Notes under the pieces: generated by a model
The model's database searches: none
The model's input: only the letters and a program-made list of their open reading frames with translations
What the model was told of the DNA's origin: nothing
NCBI GenBank assembly: GCA_937625935.1
Contig: OW569370.1
Location: 1 to 64,000 of the forward strand
Origin: Tetramitus jugosus
Lineage: Eukaryota; Protista; Heterolobosea
DNA length: 64,000 nt
Reading direction: 5' to 3'
Shown here: positions 21,867 to 32,900 of the stretch, piece after piece
Layout: each line of letters starts with the position of its first letter
Position numbering within the stretch: the first letter of the stretch is position 1
Translations under genes and position numbers: made by a program

Positions 21867-23283
21867 TTAACAGACACCATTTTGTTGTTGTTTGTCTTGG
21901 TTGTTGATGGATTGAATCTTTTGCAAGACAACTTGCTCCTCGGCCTTCATGTGACTCAATTCTTGATTGAGCTTTTGTATGCGAGAGTCTCCGTCAGCCT
22001 TGTATGTCTGCTCAGCATTCAACTTTGTGGTCAGTGCTTGCTCCTCTTCTCTCACTCTGCTCAACTCTGTGCTCAAACGAACAATTCTGTTATCTCTCTC
22101 CTTGGCTCTCTTTCTCTCGGCATCAACCTCATTGGCCACATGTGACTGTTGATTTTGAAGATAATTTAATTCCTCAGTCAACTTGGCCATCTCTGCTTGA
22201 CGTTGCAAGTCACGTGCGACTTGTTGCTTTGGAGGCGCAACAGTTTGAGAGCTTGTTGCTTGTTGCTTTGACTTGTTGTTGTTGGTGGCAGTAGACTTGC
22301 CTGCTTGCTTGTTAGCAGAGGCTGTTGTTGTTGCTGGTTCTTCACCAGAAACAGCAGCAGCAATGGCAGCAGCTGTAGTTTGCTTTGCCTTCTTGGTTGC
22401 CTTCTTTGACTTTTTGGCTTCGGCAGAGTCGGCTTGAGAGCTCGATTCAGCAGCGGCAGCAGATTGACCTGCAACCACATTCTTTGGTCCTGCATTCTTC
22501 TTGTTGCCACTAGTGATGGACTTTGCTGGTTTGTCGGACCAGTCATATCTGTACTTGAACAATTCTGGGCAGACATTTGGTGGGAATTGCTTTTGTTGAG
22601 AGAGTTTGGCCTTGATCTTGTCCATCTCTTCACTCAGCCTCTCCTTGTTTCTCAAGTAGAGCATAACATTCTTTGCAGCCTCTCTGTTGACATAGGTGAT
22701 CAACATGTGACCCACTTCGTCTTCCACGTGAGTCTCAATGGCTTCTACTTCACCCAAACTGGTAAACAAGTCTCTCAGCATTCTCACTCTTTGATCCTTG
22801 AGCTTTTCTGCCAATCCAGAAATATTACTATGATCGTTATTGTTGTTATTGTATTTGTCAATGTTTTGATCATTATTTTTTGTCACGAGTTTGTATCAGT
22901 TCGCACAATTGATTCAGTTATTGTATTTGAGTTAGCTATGCGACAAAGTAATACAAAAAAAAAGTGATCAACAACTGAATAATTGGTGATGATCATCAAA
23001 ACAAGAAAAATAAACACACTTACGAAGCCAGCAAATCATCAAAGAAAATTCTGCCGACAAAAACAGTTCTAGAGCTTTGCTTTGGTGCACCAGTAGTAGT
23101 TGTAGTTCTAGGCTTTTGAACACCTCCTGCTCTAGCACCTCCTCTAGCTCCACCACGGGTTGATGGTGCACCAGTAGTAGGTTTAGTGTTGGTGTTGCTA
23201 GTGGTTGGCTTATTCTTGTTGAATGGTTGTTTTTGTTGAGTTGTTGTTGATTGTGTGGATGGCTTTTGTTGTTGTTGAGACAT
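21867..23283 (-). CDS. RGG / RRM-like / coiled-coil protein, 2 exons
   Basis: RGGARGGARAGG, SRTVFVGRI (RNP2-like), LFTSLGEVEAI...HMLITY, C-terminal coiled coil. Intron 22828-23023 inferred. Confidence 0.6.
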
Positions 23284-23662
23284 GATGATTACAGTAGTTG
23301 TTGTTTTGATCGTTTTTTTCTTGTACAAAAATGAGTTGTTGATATGTTGTTGGTGGTGGGTGGGGCCTATATATGTGTAGTTGTTGAGTGTGTTCGTTTG
23401 TTGTTGGGAAGCTTTCTTCTTGTGTCGCAGCACAAAAAAAGTGATTGCGAATGGGCTGGAACTCAGAATCAATGTGAAAATGAAACTCGAGTGGATCGAT
23501 CGGAAGAAATTACAAGTTTTTACAATCATTTTTTCCATGAAGCTGACGAACAAAACAAATACAAGTGAAGATCTGGAATTGCACCGAGTAGCAGATTGAA
23601 CAAGCCACGAGAACACAACAAATCAAAAGAAGGTAACAATTAGGAGCAATATTAGGAAGTCA

Positions 23663-24769
23663 ATGACTCTGCATATCAAACAACAAATCTATCGTTCGCT
23701 AAACGCACTCTTCCACGACTCAGCTGCATCGCCGTCATCATCCATCAGACTGTCCACAGTGTTCAATCTTGGTGGTGAAACTAACCTTGTCGTTGTACCA
23801 AAGTGGGTAGTGTCTAACACTGATGAAACATTGACCATGTCGAGTGGTTGTCACGTGGAGTATCTCGTTCGTTGCATGACTCATCGAGACCATTCTGTCG
23901 ATGAACAAAAACAACAAGTTGACAATGATGAGATTGAAAATAACGAAATGAGGGAAATGAAAGATAATGTCAACAATGACCATGTCAGTAACGATGAGAC
24001 TAGTAATGATAACAACAATGATGATGAGATTATATGTGGTTATCCCGAAGCGCCCTATTTGATGACTGTCGCCCATCATTTGACTCAATGGATGCATCAC
24101 AAGCAATTCCCCATTCAATTTCAACAATTTAAGCACATGGATGAAGATTTTGAGTATTATCAGCATTTGAGGAGCATGCCAATGCATCTGTGGGTCGGTG
24201 ATTTTGGATTGGATCACTTGTTAGGAGGTAGCAGTACAAGTGCAGCGATCGATGATAGTGCAATGGATCAGTTTGTGAGTCATGTGTTGAGTCGAGTGGG
24301 CATACGAGGTCTCTTAACGCTGTTACATCTGAGGAAGACTGCTGGATCGATCGACTATTTTCCACCGACGAAATCTCAGCTCTATGACTCATTTAATCAA
24401 ATACATGGTGGTAAAAGTGATTTGACAGTTGGAGCAAGGGCATTAGCAAAACACTGTCACCGAAGTGTAACGGACAATTGGTGGGGTGCTGTGAAAGGTT
24501 CCAGTAGGATGAAGAATGCGCATGCCCAAGAGGTATTGGATCGTATATTGTCCACGTGCACCTTCTTAAATTGTCATTTATTGCCGCATGATATTCCATG
24601 TTTTGAAGCTCGAAACAAGGATGGTTATGGTGCGAGGTGGGTGTTTGCTCGCATGAATCCAAAACCTGACGCAAACATGGACACGAGCGAGAACAGCAAT
24701 CAGATTGTATTCCGAGGATTTTTGGAGCCGCATGATCCGACCGGTCACGAAAAAGGATGGAAGCACTGA
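23663..24769 (+). CDS. Conserved hypothetical protein with C-terminal LTVGARALAKH...GYGARW...FRGFLEP domain
   Basis: 368-aa intact ORF. The C-terminal motif set is recognised from uncharacterised plant/protist proteins. Confidence 0.7.
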   Translation: MTLHIKQQIYRSLNALFHDSAASPSSSIRLSTVFNLGGETNLVVVPKWVVSNTDETLTMSSGCHVEYLVRCMTHRDHSVDEQKQQVDNDEIENNEMREMKDNVNNDHVSNDETSNDNNNDDEIICGYPEAPYLMTVAHHLTQWMHHKQFPIQFQQFKHMDEDFEYYQHLRSMPMHLWVGDFGLDHLLGGSSTSAAIDDSAMDQFVSHVLSRVGIRGLLTLLHLRKTAGSIDYFPPTKSQLYDSFNQIHGGKSDLTVGARALAKHCHRSVTDNWWGAVKGSSRMKNAHAQEVLDRILSTCTFLNCHLLPHDIPCFEARNKDGYGARWVFARMNPKPDANMDTSENSNQIVFRGFLEPHDPTGHEKGWKH

Positions 24770-24870
24770 AGATGTCAGGTACTACCACTGTAAGCAGTCG
24801 ACTTCTCAATAGGTTTTGTTTTTTATTTACACATTCGATCCGTGATGTGATAGAGCACAATCGCTTGAAT

Positions 24871-26670
24871 TCAAAAGTATATCCTACAGACACCGAACAG
24901 TGGCATCCCAGATTGTTGTTGGTCAAAGAAGAAGCTCATGACAGCCTTTTTCGCCAACAAGAACTGGTCTTGTTCCTTCTTCTTCACCATGACATTCTCC
25001 ACCGTAAACCCACTGAGTCTGTTCTGGAATGCGTCTTGAATCTTGGTCACAATCACATCCCAGTACAATGGATGCACCACCTCATGCCAATATCGATTCT
25101 GGTCAAAAAATGTGGAATCATAGCCCAGTTTGTTCAGAATAAATGGATTACAGGAAACAATCTTTCCTGGTTTCACTGTCACAATCATACCGACATCAGG
25201 ATCGTTTTGATCGGCCAACACATCCAACACAGAGTTACCCGTTGGCTTCTTCTGCAACTGTTCCTTCAGCAGTTGGTTCTCTCGTTGTAAATGATTGACC
25301 GCTTCATTTAATTTTTGAATGTGTTGAGCAGTTCTTGGTGGCGCTGATTGATCAGTCGTCGTCGTTAGCATGAGACTACTTGAGTCAATCACAGGAGATG
25401 ATTGATTGAAGGATGATACTTGATCCGGTGTGTACCAGAATCCATTGTCCATGATGGACTGTGGTGAATCAATCATATTACTATTACTACTAATCGTCTT
25501 ATTACTACTACTAGTACTACCACTATTACTCAATGCAACAACAGAAGGTGGTAGATTGAGAGTCGCACTCGCATCTTCAATCATCATCATTGATGTTGCC
25601 GAGGAAGAAGAGGCAGAAGGAGTAGAGACATCATCTGAAGTTGTTTGTTGCTGTTGTTGCAACTGCTGCTGATAGAGGTGATGATGCTCCGTATCATGCA
25701 TAATCTCACCCAGCAAGTGCTCAAAGGACAATGGCTGTCCACTTGCATTTGTTGTTGTAGCTGACGTTGTCGTTGGTGATGTCGAGTATTGATCATCCAA
25801 CTGATTCCCACTTCCACCACCACCAATCGATGATGACAATTTTGTTTTCTTTCTCCCTCGTTTTTGACTGGGTGCCGGAGTGCACGAGTCGGAGATTTTC
25901 ATTCGGACACAGCGACCACACGGTAACTGTTCATCGCACTTTGCGTGGGCTTTTCTACAATTGGTACAGGCATTTCTCACAAATTTACGCTTTTTGCCGT
26001 GAGGGTCATTGGGATCATCAAAATCAATATCATTTGCACCACCCATACCACCATTGTTATTATTGTCATTTGTGTTATTCGTATTGTTATTGTTATTATG
26101 GTTCAATCCACCACCACCACCACTACCACTACCACCCATATTGTTGTTGTCCATCATCATCATCATGACCATGGACATGGGTGATGGACTGGTGGATGAT
26201 TGTTGTTGTAGTGGAGAGAAGGGTAGTGATGACGCTGATGATGTCAGGAGACTGGGTGTGAGCAATGGAGGTGCACCACCACCACCATCGATACTAGATG
26301 ATGACAAGGAATCATCACTCGATGGAATATGTTGATTATGATTGTTGATGTGAATATCATTGTTATTCATATTGATGCTATTGTTGTTGTTGTTAGCTCT
26401 CTTGCTGTGAATAAATGACTGGACCATTGAACTCAATAGTTCTGATTGTTTTTGATTTTCACTACTGTTGCGATTGGATGTGTTGTTCGTCGACGAATTG
26501 ATATTGTTGTTGTTGTTGTTATTCATTGTGAACCAGTCTTCATTTAATAAATTAGGAGTTTGCAGTTGTTGCTGTTGGTGTTGGTGGTGAAGAAAATGTT
26601 GTTGTTGTGAAATTTCTTTCTTTGATTGCTGTTGATTCTCGATACCTTGTTGTTGTTGATGTAAACTCAT
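24871..26670 (-). CDS. Zn(II)2Cys6 binuclear-cluster transcription factor with C-terminal PAS domain
   Basis: ACTNCRKAHAKCDEQLPCGRCVRMKISDSC followed by KRGRKK, a coiled coil, and PAS-like GKIVSCNPFILNKLGY...EVVHP. Poly-N/Q tracts. Confidence 0.85.
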   Translation of the reverse strand: MSLHQQQQGIENQQQSKKEISQQQHFLHHQHQQQQLQTPNLLNEDWFTMNNNNNNNINSSTNNTSNRNSSENQKQSELLSSMVQSFIHSKRANNNNNSINMNNNDIHINNHNQHIPSSDDSLSSSSIDGGGGAPPLLTPSLLTSSASSLPFSPLQQQSSTSPSPMSMVMMMMMDNNNMGGSGSGGGGGLNHNNNNNTNNTNDNNNNGGMGGANDIDFDDPNDPHGKKRKFVRNACTNCRKAHAKCDEQLPCGRCVRMKISDSCTPAPSQKRGRKKTKLSSSIGGGGSGNQLDDQYSTSPTTTSATTTNASGQPLSFEHLLGEIMHDTEHHHLYQQQLQQQQQTTSDDVSTPSASSSSATSMMMIEDASATLNLPPSVVALSNSGSTSSSNKTISSNSNMIDSPQSIMDNGFWYTPDQVSSFNQSSPVIDSSSLMLTTTTDQSAPPRTAQHIQKLNEAVNHLQRENQLLKEQLQKKPTGNSVLDVLADQNDPDVGMIVTVKPGKIVSCNPFILNKLGYDSTFFDQNRYWHEVVHPLYWDVIVTKIQDAFQNRLSGFTVENVMVKKKEQDQFLLAKKAVMSFFFDQQQSGMPLFGVCRIYF

Positions 26671-26837
26671 TTTCTTCCTTTCTGCAACCAAGAAGTGATG
26701 ATGCGAAAAAGCTCCAAGATGAGAGGATCCAGATTTTTAGGGTAAAAACATAGGCGATGGAATTTTCCGGTGAGAACTTTTTTTTCCGCACAAAATCCGA
26801 CGTATCGCGAGGGAATAAGCCGCCGGACTATGCGTCA

Positions 26838-26872
26838 ATTGCGCAGCATCTGACGTCAGTTCATTGCGCAAT
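26838..26872. promoter_or_regulatory. Dyad of bZIP-type palindromes (CRE TGACGTCA flanked by C/EBP-like TTGCGCAA) in a divergent promoter
   Basis: ATTGCGCA(26838-45)-GCAT-CTGACGTCAG(26850-59)-TTC-ATTGCGCAAT(26863-72). Confidence 0.45.
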
Positions 26873-27113
26873 AGGTCAACTGCAACATCGAGTCTACTCC
26901 AATTTCACTTGTGTGACAGGCTTAGACCATAGAAGTAGACTTGAATCTTCGGTTTGAGTGTGCAAGCTAAATTCCTCTGCATGTTCTAACTTTAGTCAAG
27001 GGTTGAATGAAAGGAAAACGATTCTTCAAAAATATCAACGCACAAAGCACCATTTAGCCACCTGGAGACACATTGAAAAAACAAAGCAACAGTCTGAGTT
27101 TCAAACACCAACA

Positions 27114-28145
27114 ATGGCCACTGCCATATCTTCCACTACTCCATCCACTGACAGCATGACTACCACAACACTACAACAAGCAACAGCTCAGAACGATCAA
27201 CAGGAGTCGTTCCAGTTCATCTACAATAAGCTCAGATCAGATCTTGATGTATTCAAACAGAACATTCAATCTGTTCTTCAACGCAATCAGAACCTGCAGC
27301 TTCAATTGAATCAGATGAGTAATCGCCTCGATTCAGTCATTGGCAATCAGACAGCGATCAGTCCTTTGGATACTCCTGGCAGTGAGAAAATTGGTGGTAT
27401 TCACTTATTGATGGGAAATTTGAGACAACGTATCAGCTCAACTGGAACTCCCAGTTCCACTCGAACAAATTCCAGGTCAGCGAGCAGCATTGTTTCCTCT
27501 CCAGCTCTCTCTGATGTCATATCCTCAGTTTCGTCTCCAGTGTCAGTGGCAAGCACTGAAGGGAACGATTTAAACATGGATGAAACGCCGATATCTTCTG
27601 CTCCAGTATCGCCTCAAGTTACTTCACCAACAATGCAACGACAACCACAACTCCAACAAGCAGAAGTAAAGATTCAACAAGGTGGTGAAGCAAATCCCTT
27701 GGTTGTGAGAGCGACTGAAAGGGATGAGTCGAGAGACGAACAGCAGACGACAGTGCCTAACATCACTCAAGAAAATCAACCAGCTAATGTCCCTGTGTCC
27801 AAGGGTATTGCAGCTAGAATTGCCCTATTGAACACGGGTAATTTGTTTCAACAGCCCAATCAACCCAATCCTCTGTTAGCACTCAAGAAGAAACGATTAT
27901 CGGCAGCTTCCAGCGCAAATGATGACTCTTCTTCTGTTAGTGAACAGCCTATTGGACCAGCGGCCACCACAGGGGTATCTTCTGGTAAAGTAGCAACCAT
28001 ACTTGTAGATAGCGACGACGCCATGAATACGTCCAAGCAGGAGAGAGTGAAGCATGAACAACTGGGACACCTTCGAAAACCAAAACAAGTCACTAACAGG
28101 AGAGCACCTTCCAAGCTTAACAAATCCCTCTTGGAATCCATATAG
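27114..28145 (+). CDS. Disordered/coiled-coil protein with C-terminal CPI-like (capping-protein interaction) motif
   Basis: N-terminal coiled coil, S/T/P-rich body, C-terminal LGHLRKPKQVTNRRAPS. Confidence 0.55.
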   Translation: MATAISSTTPSTDSMTTTTLQQATAQNDQQESFQFIYNKLRSDLDVFKQNIQSVLQRNQNLQLQLNQMSNRLDSVIGNQTAISPLDTPGSEKIGGIHLLMGNLRQRISSTGTPSSTRTNSRSASSIVSSPALSDVISSVSSPVSVASTEGNDLNMDETPISSAPVSPQVTSPTMQRQPQLQQAEVKIQQGGEANPLVVRATERDESRDEQQTTVPNITQENQPANVPVSKGIAARIALLNTGNLFQQPNQPNPLLALKKKRLSAASSANDDSSSVSEQPIGPAATTGVSSGKVATILVDSDDAMNTSKQERVKHEQLGHLRKPKQVTNRRAPSKLNKSLLESI

Positions 28146-28234
28146 GGATATCGAAGTTGTAAAATAAATACTTGAGTTAGATCACAACACGCAAGTTTTA
28201 CTCAAGGAAACCAACGTGTTAAACAACCCTCGTT

Positions 28235-29830
28235 CTATTGTTGTCGTCGCAATTGAAGAATAGTGTTTCCACTCCTTCTTCGAGGTAGAGTCTGACTCAT
28301 GCTTGATTGTTGTTTAGGAGATGGTTGATGGAGTGATCGATGAGAACCCAAGGGATCCAGAGATTTGGTTTCGACGGTCATATCGATCGGCAGGTCCAAA
28401 CGCGGCAATTGTTGAGCACCAGATATTGGCCTAGATGTTTCGGTATCATCCTTCTTCGAGGTGGAGTTGGTCGAGGAGTGAGACGACAGGGAAGCTTGCA
28501 ACGTTTCACCCATCTTTGTCACGATCATCATCGAGTGTTGTGTGCTGGGAGACAGGATTCTAGTAAGCGGGTTTCGATTAAACGATAGAGAGGACGGTGA
28601 AGAGGGAGATTTAGGAGATAGGGAGATCAACTTTGGAGAACCAGATGCTTCGTTGTTTGGTCGAACAAAGTTTCTCGGCGAGTGAAATGACCTCCTCGAG
28701 TTGAATTGATAATAGACATGTTGAAATGACTTACTGACGAGTGCATTGCTTGGTGGTAGTGTTTCAGGCAAAATTTTCGATGCAGTATGGTTGAATACAT
28801 GTAAGTCATCCACCGATGTTTGTTTTCTTAGTTTCTTGTAACAAAGTGATATGACTGTTTGTTCATAGAGAGAGCTTGCTGGATCTGACACCGTGTAAAT
28901 GTGAATCTTTGGTTTCTCTCTTCTGTCCTTGTACGCTTCAACATTATTCTTCAGTGTTTTCAAAGGATCGATTCTTCTTGATACTCGCTTCATTCCTTGA
29001 GGGTTCGTTGGATTATCTCCTATATCCAAATTAGAAACGATAGATATTCGATCATAGGCGTCATACACGAAAATACAATCAGCAATTTTTTGACTCTGAT
29101 TGACACCAAACGATTCTTGATCAGCCATGATAGTGACTCGGAACCGAGCTTCCAACAAGGCTCTTGGTTCCTTTTCCCAAGAGAATTGCTTAATGGCATC
29201 AAATATCAGACATCGTGGTTCTTCAAATACCATGAATCCCTCTGCATTGAGTTTCATATTTTCGAGGCAGAGTCTTACGTCTGACTCGGTGTCTGATAGA
29301 GAAGCTCCGATATACACAGAGTATGTAGTCTCCCAAGGATCAGTTCTATTGTTCAGTCTGAGACAGAATTGATAGAATTTTGGATCACACAGCTTTTCCA
29401 GCTCAAACTTTTTCATCTTGTCATACTTTTTCTGCCAGATCGAGTCCTCTTCAATCATAGAAGCATCCCCTGACGCGTTAATATCCTTTTCCGTGTCTGG
29501 AGCTCGAAGTCTTTCTGTACTCAGGATAATATTCTCCTGTTGATCATCCTGACTATCTTTTCGTACAGGAAGCAATGGACTATCTACAGTTCGAAACAAA
29601 CTTGTCGAATCATCATGATCCTTCACCTGTATCCTCATCATCACATCTCCCGCAATTTGCTTTCTTGACTTTGATTCAAACTTGGCTAGATGAGTGGATA
29701 ACTTGTTCCAATTGTGAGGTGTTTCGATGCTCAAGTTTCTCCTGAAAGAAGAAGAACGAGGTACGATAGCTGTATCTATGGGTTGATCTTGAAAGTAATG
29801 ACCAGAAGAGGTCGCAACATCCACATCCAT
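28235..29830 (-). CDS. Hypothetical protein
   Basis: Open frame of more than 530 codons with a globular core and SP-rich tail. No family recognised. Confidence 0.7.
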   Translation of the reverse strand: MDVDVATSSGHYFQDQPIDTAIVPRSSSFRRNLSIETPHNWNKLSTHLAKFESKSRKQIAGDVMMRIQVKDHDDSTSLFRTVDSPLLPVRKDSQDDQQENIILSTERLRAPDTEKDINASGDASMIEEDSIWQKKYDKMKKFELEKLCDPKFYQFCLRLNNRTDPWETTYSVYIGASLSDTESDVRLCLENMKLNAEGFMVFEEPRCLIFDAIKQFSWEKEPRALLEARFRVTIMADQESFGVNQSQKIADCIFVYDAYDRISIVSNLDIGDNPTNPQGMKRVSRRIDPLKTLKNNVEAYKDRREKPKIHIYTVSDPASSLYEQTVISLCYKKLRKQTSVDDLHVFNHTASKILPETLPPSNALVSKSFQHVYYQFNSRRSFHSPRNFVRPNNEASGSPKLISLSPKSPSSPSSLSFNRNPLTRILSPSTQHSMMIVTKMGETLQASLSSHSSTNSTSKKDDTETSRPISGAQQLPRLDLPIDMTVETKSLDPLGSHRSLHQPSPKQQSSMSQTLPRRRSGNTILQLRRQQ

Positions 29831-29919
29831 GTTTGAAGACAAAGAGTCGAAAAATTGTGCTGACGAGATGATTGTAAATGTCGCAACGTTATTTTTTTTA
29901 TTGACTGCAAAGTATGAAA

Positions 29920-32900
29920 TTATTTACCTCTTGCTTCTCTCTGCAAACTCTTTTGATACAGAATCTTCTCATCAAATTCCAAGTTTGTGAACAAGTCCTC
30001 TGTCAATATGTACTGCAGATAAGGAAGCGGCTGATAGGTGTAGTTGGAAGATTGCTGCAACAGTTGAATACCACTGATGGTTGAACTGTAGTGCCTTCTC
30101 TTGACCAAGTTGATCAATGATTTGTCCTTGTGAGTGATTGTATTAGGATTTCCTTCCTCAATGAACATCAAATCTCTGAGATAGACTGCCTGAAGAGGCA
30201 CAGTGGGAAGACCAGCAGAGTATTTCAACTCGTTTCTCAACGACGTGTAATTGTTATCGAGCATTGATGAGGCCTCGTTCAAGAACTCTTCGTGCTTTTC
30301 GGTCAATGCCTTTCGAGTCAGTTTCAATCTGTTGAGTTCAGCGGAATTGAGAGCTGAAGTGATCTGGAACATTGTGGCATAATTCTTAATATCTCTCAAT
30401 TCTTTGGCAATATCAACAAACTTGAGCATCAATGCTTGTCTTCTCTTGATGTCACGCTCATTCACTATACAGTTTCTGATCCAGAAGGAGAAGTTGTTGA
30501 ATCTTTCAGCGACGGCTACAATGTTTGGTGAGAGGTCATACTTGTCACCATCTCTTGTCCATCCAAGGTCAAAACATTCCTTTGGTTCAATCTTCTTGAA
30601 CACTTCAGATTCAATCAATGTCAACTGTCGGGCAATTTCAACTGATGGCCACTCGAGAATATCGAACGCATAGTCGAATGGATTTGGAAGAGTTCTCTTT
30701 CTCAAGGAGCGCCAAATCTTAAAGTCAATCTTTGGTTCCTTGTAGAGCTCAGGGTCAAAGTTTGGTGGCACACGAGGAGCATTGTCCTGGTCAACACGGT
30801 TGTAGTAACTCGATGTGTTCATTCTAGATTCGAGCAACTGCTTCAACACAATCTTCTTCAACTTTTGCTTGGTTGTGTTTCTGTCTTCTCCGAGGGAGCA
30901 CAAGAAGTCAATGGTCAATGATGTTGTGATATTGTCAAAGTCGTGGAATCCGTTCTTGACCCACTCGGACAAGAAGTTCAAAATATTGAGTTGGCATTTG
31001 TCGCTGTAGGTTGGATATGACTGGACAATCTTGATCATCAACTCTGCAGGCGTAGTAAAGGAGTAGAAAGTCAACAAGAACACCTTCTTGAAGTTTGATG
31101 ATTCACTATCGACATAGGAGTGAGCTCCAATCAATCGCTCAATCAACTTGTCCAAAGAGCCAGCCCTGACAAGGCCATCTGCAATGACAATCTCATCATC
31201 TTGAACAGTCACGTCACTGCTACTTTCGTTTGATTGACTCTCTTCTTCGGATGGCTGGACTGGAGAAGACTCTTGCGTAACAGGTGGGACTGGTTGGCTG
31301 ACACGTTCTTGCTCAGTCTGCTCGGCCAAAATATCCTTAAATGGCTTTGATAACGCGTCATAGCAATCAGTGATGACAGGATGAACAATGTCACTGCGAG
31401 TGAGTTCCATATTCGCAAGAATACATCCCATTAACCATCTCCACTTTTGTTCAATACGTCTCTTTTCGACAGCTCTAATCTTGGCCTTTTTTCTCTTTCC
31501 ATTCTTGTCGAATTGGATCTGATAGAGTTCCTTGACCACAATCTCGTGGGCATAATTGTTGAGGAATGGTCTCATACAGTTATTGAAGAACAAGTGAATG
31601 AGCTCCTTGTCATCGTGCAAGCAAGTGAAGTAGCCAATATTGGTCAACATCTTGGAAATTCTTCTCAACAGCACACCAACGTATGGACTTTGTGATGTAT
31701 TGGTCGATTCGAACTCTTCTTCAAGTTCAATTTGTTGTTGAACAATCTGCTGTTGATCACTGGAGACATTAGTGAAGCTTTGAGACATAAATGGATCAAG
31801 ATTCCTTAACTTGTCCTTGACGCTGTCCAACGCTTCCTTCCTAATGAGGATGGATATGACATGGTAGACAGCAGCAACACCTTGTCTCGTTGATTCCGAT
31901 GTTCTCCTTGGTGCCTGACAAACAAAGAACGTAGCTGCAGCACTCTCCAAGAAGTTCATCAAATTGGTCAAGCTGAAAATGTCTTGGTGATTCACCCAAC
32001 GGACAAAGGAGGATGAATCCATGTTACGCAAGAGCCACAGGAAGCTTACAGTAATTGCAGCCAATTCACCATCATTCTTGATCATTTTGAGATTGTTTTT
32101 GTTGCTGAACATGGCATCAACGAATGGCATCAAGATTCGTGACACAATTTGTCTTGCACGCTTGGATTGCAATCGAGCATCATGATCCAACTTTGTGAAA
32201 AACTGCATGATGATACGACATCCACGATCGAGAAGCATTCCAGACTTGTCGGCGCTCGATACTTGATTCAACACGAAGAATGTATCAACTAGCATTTGAA
32301 TCATCTTGTTTCCTTGTGGGGATGTCAAGTTGTTCAAGGCCAAGATGTTCTCGTTGTCGAAAAGAATGGAGAAGAACTCCATTCTCAACTCGATGATTCT
32401 AGGATCCATGCCTTGCAAGTGATTATTGTACTCTGAAACAAGTTCAAATACTTGTTCACGAGATAGGATCGGTATCAGATCGCATATGAACAGTGCCAAA
32501 CTTCTGTTACCTGAGAGACCAATGTATGTGTGTTGGCCACTAGGTGAGTTAAGGACACGAACAATCGATTTGACAAGTTCTCGAATGACACATCGAGCAT
32601 TCATGACGAAATGAGAGTAGGTTCCCTCTGTGTTTGGATTCTCATCAGGTGATGTCCAACCATTTGCATCTACTCTATGCTTTGGCAAAGATTCCAACCT
32701 TTGTGCCAATTCACTGTCTGTTTCAATCTCATGCTTTCGATTCATGACCATACTCTTGATGATAATATCGAAGAAGAACCAACAGAAACGAATGATGTCT
32801 CGCTCAGAGAAGGATTTTGCGGTCGAGGTAGGTGTCATCTCCTTGAATTGCTTCTTTCTGATTGTTGCAAAGCGACTCTTCTTTGCCTTCTCAATCGGTT

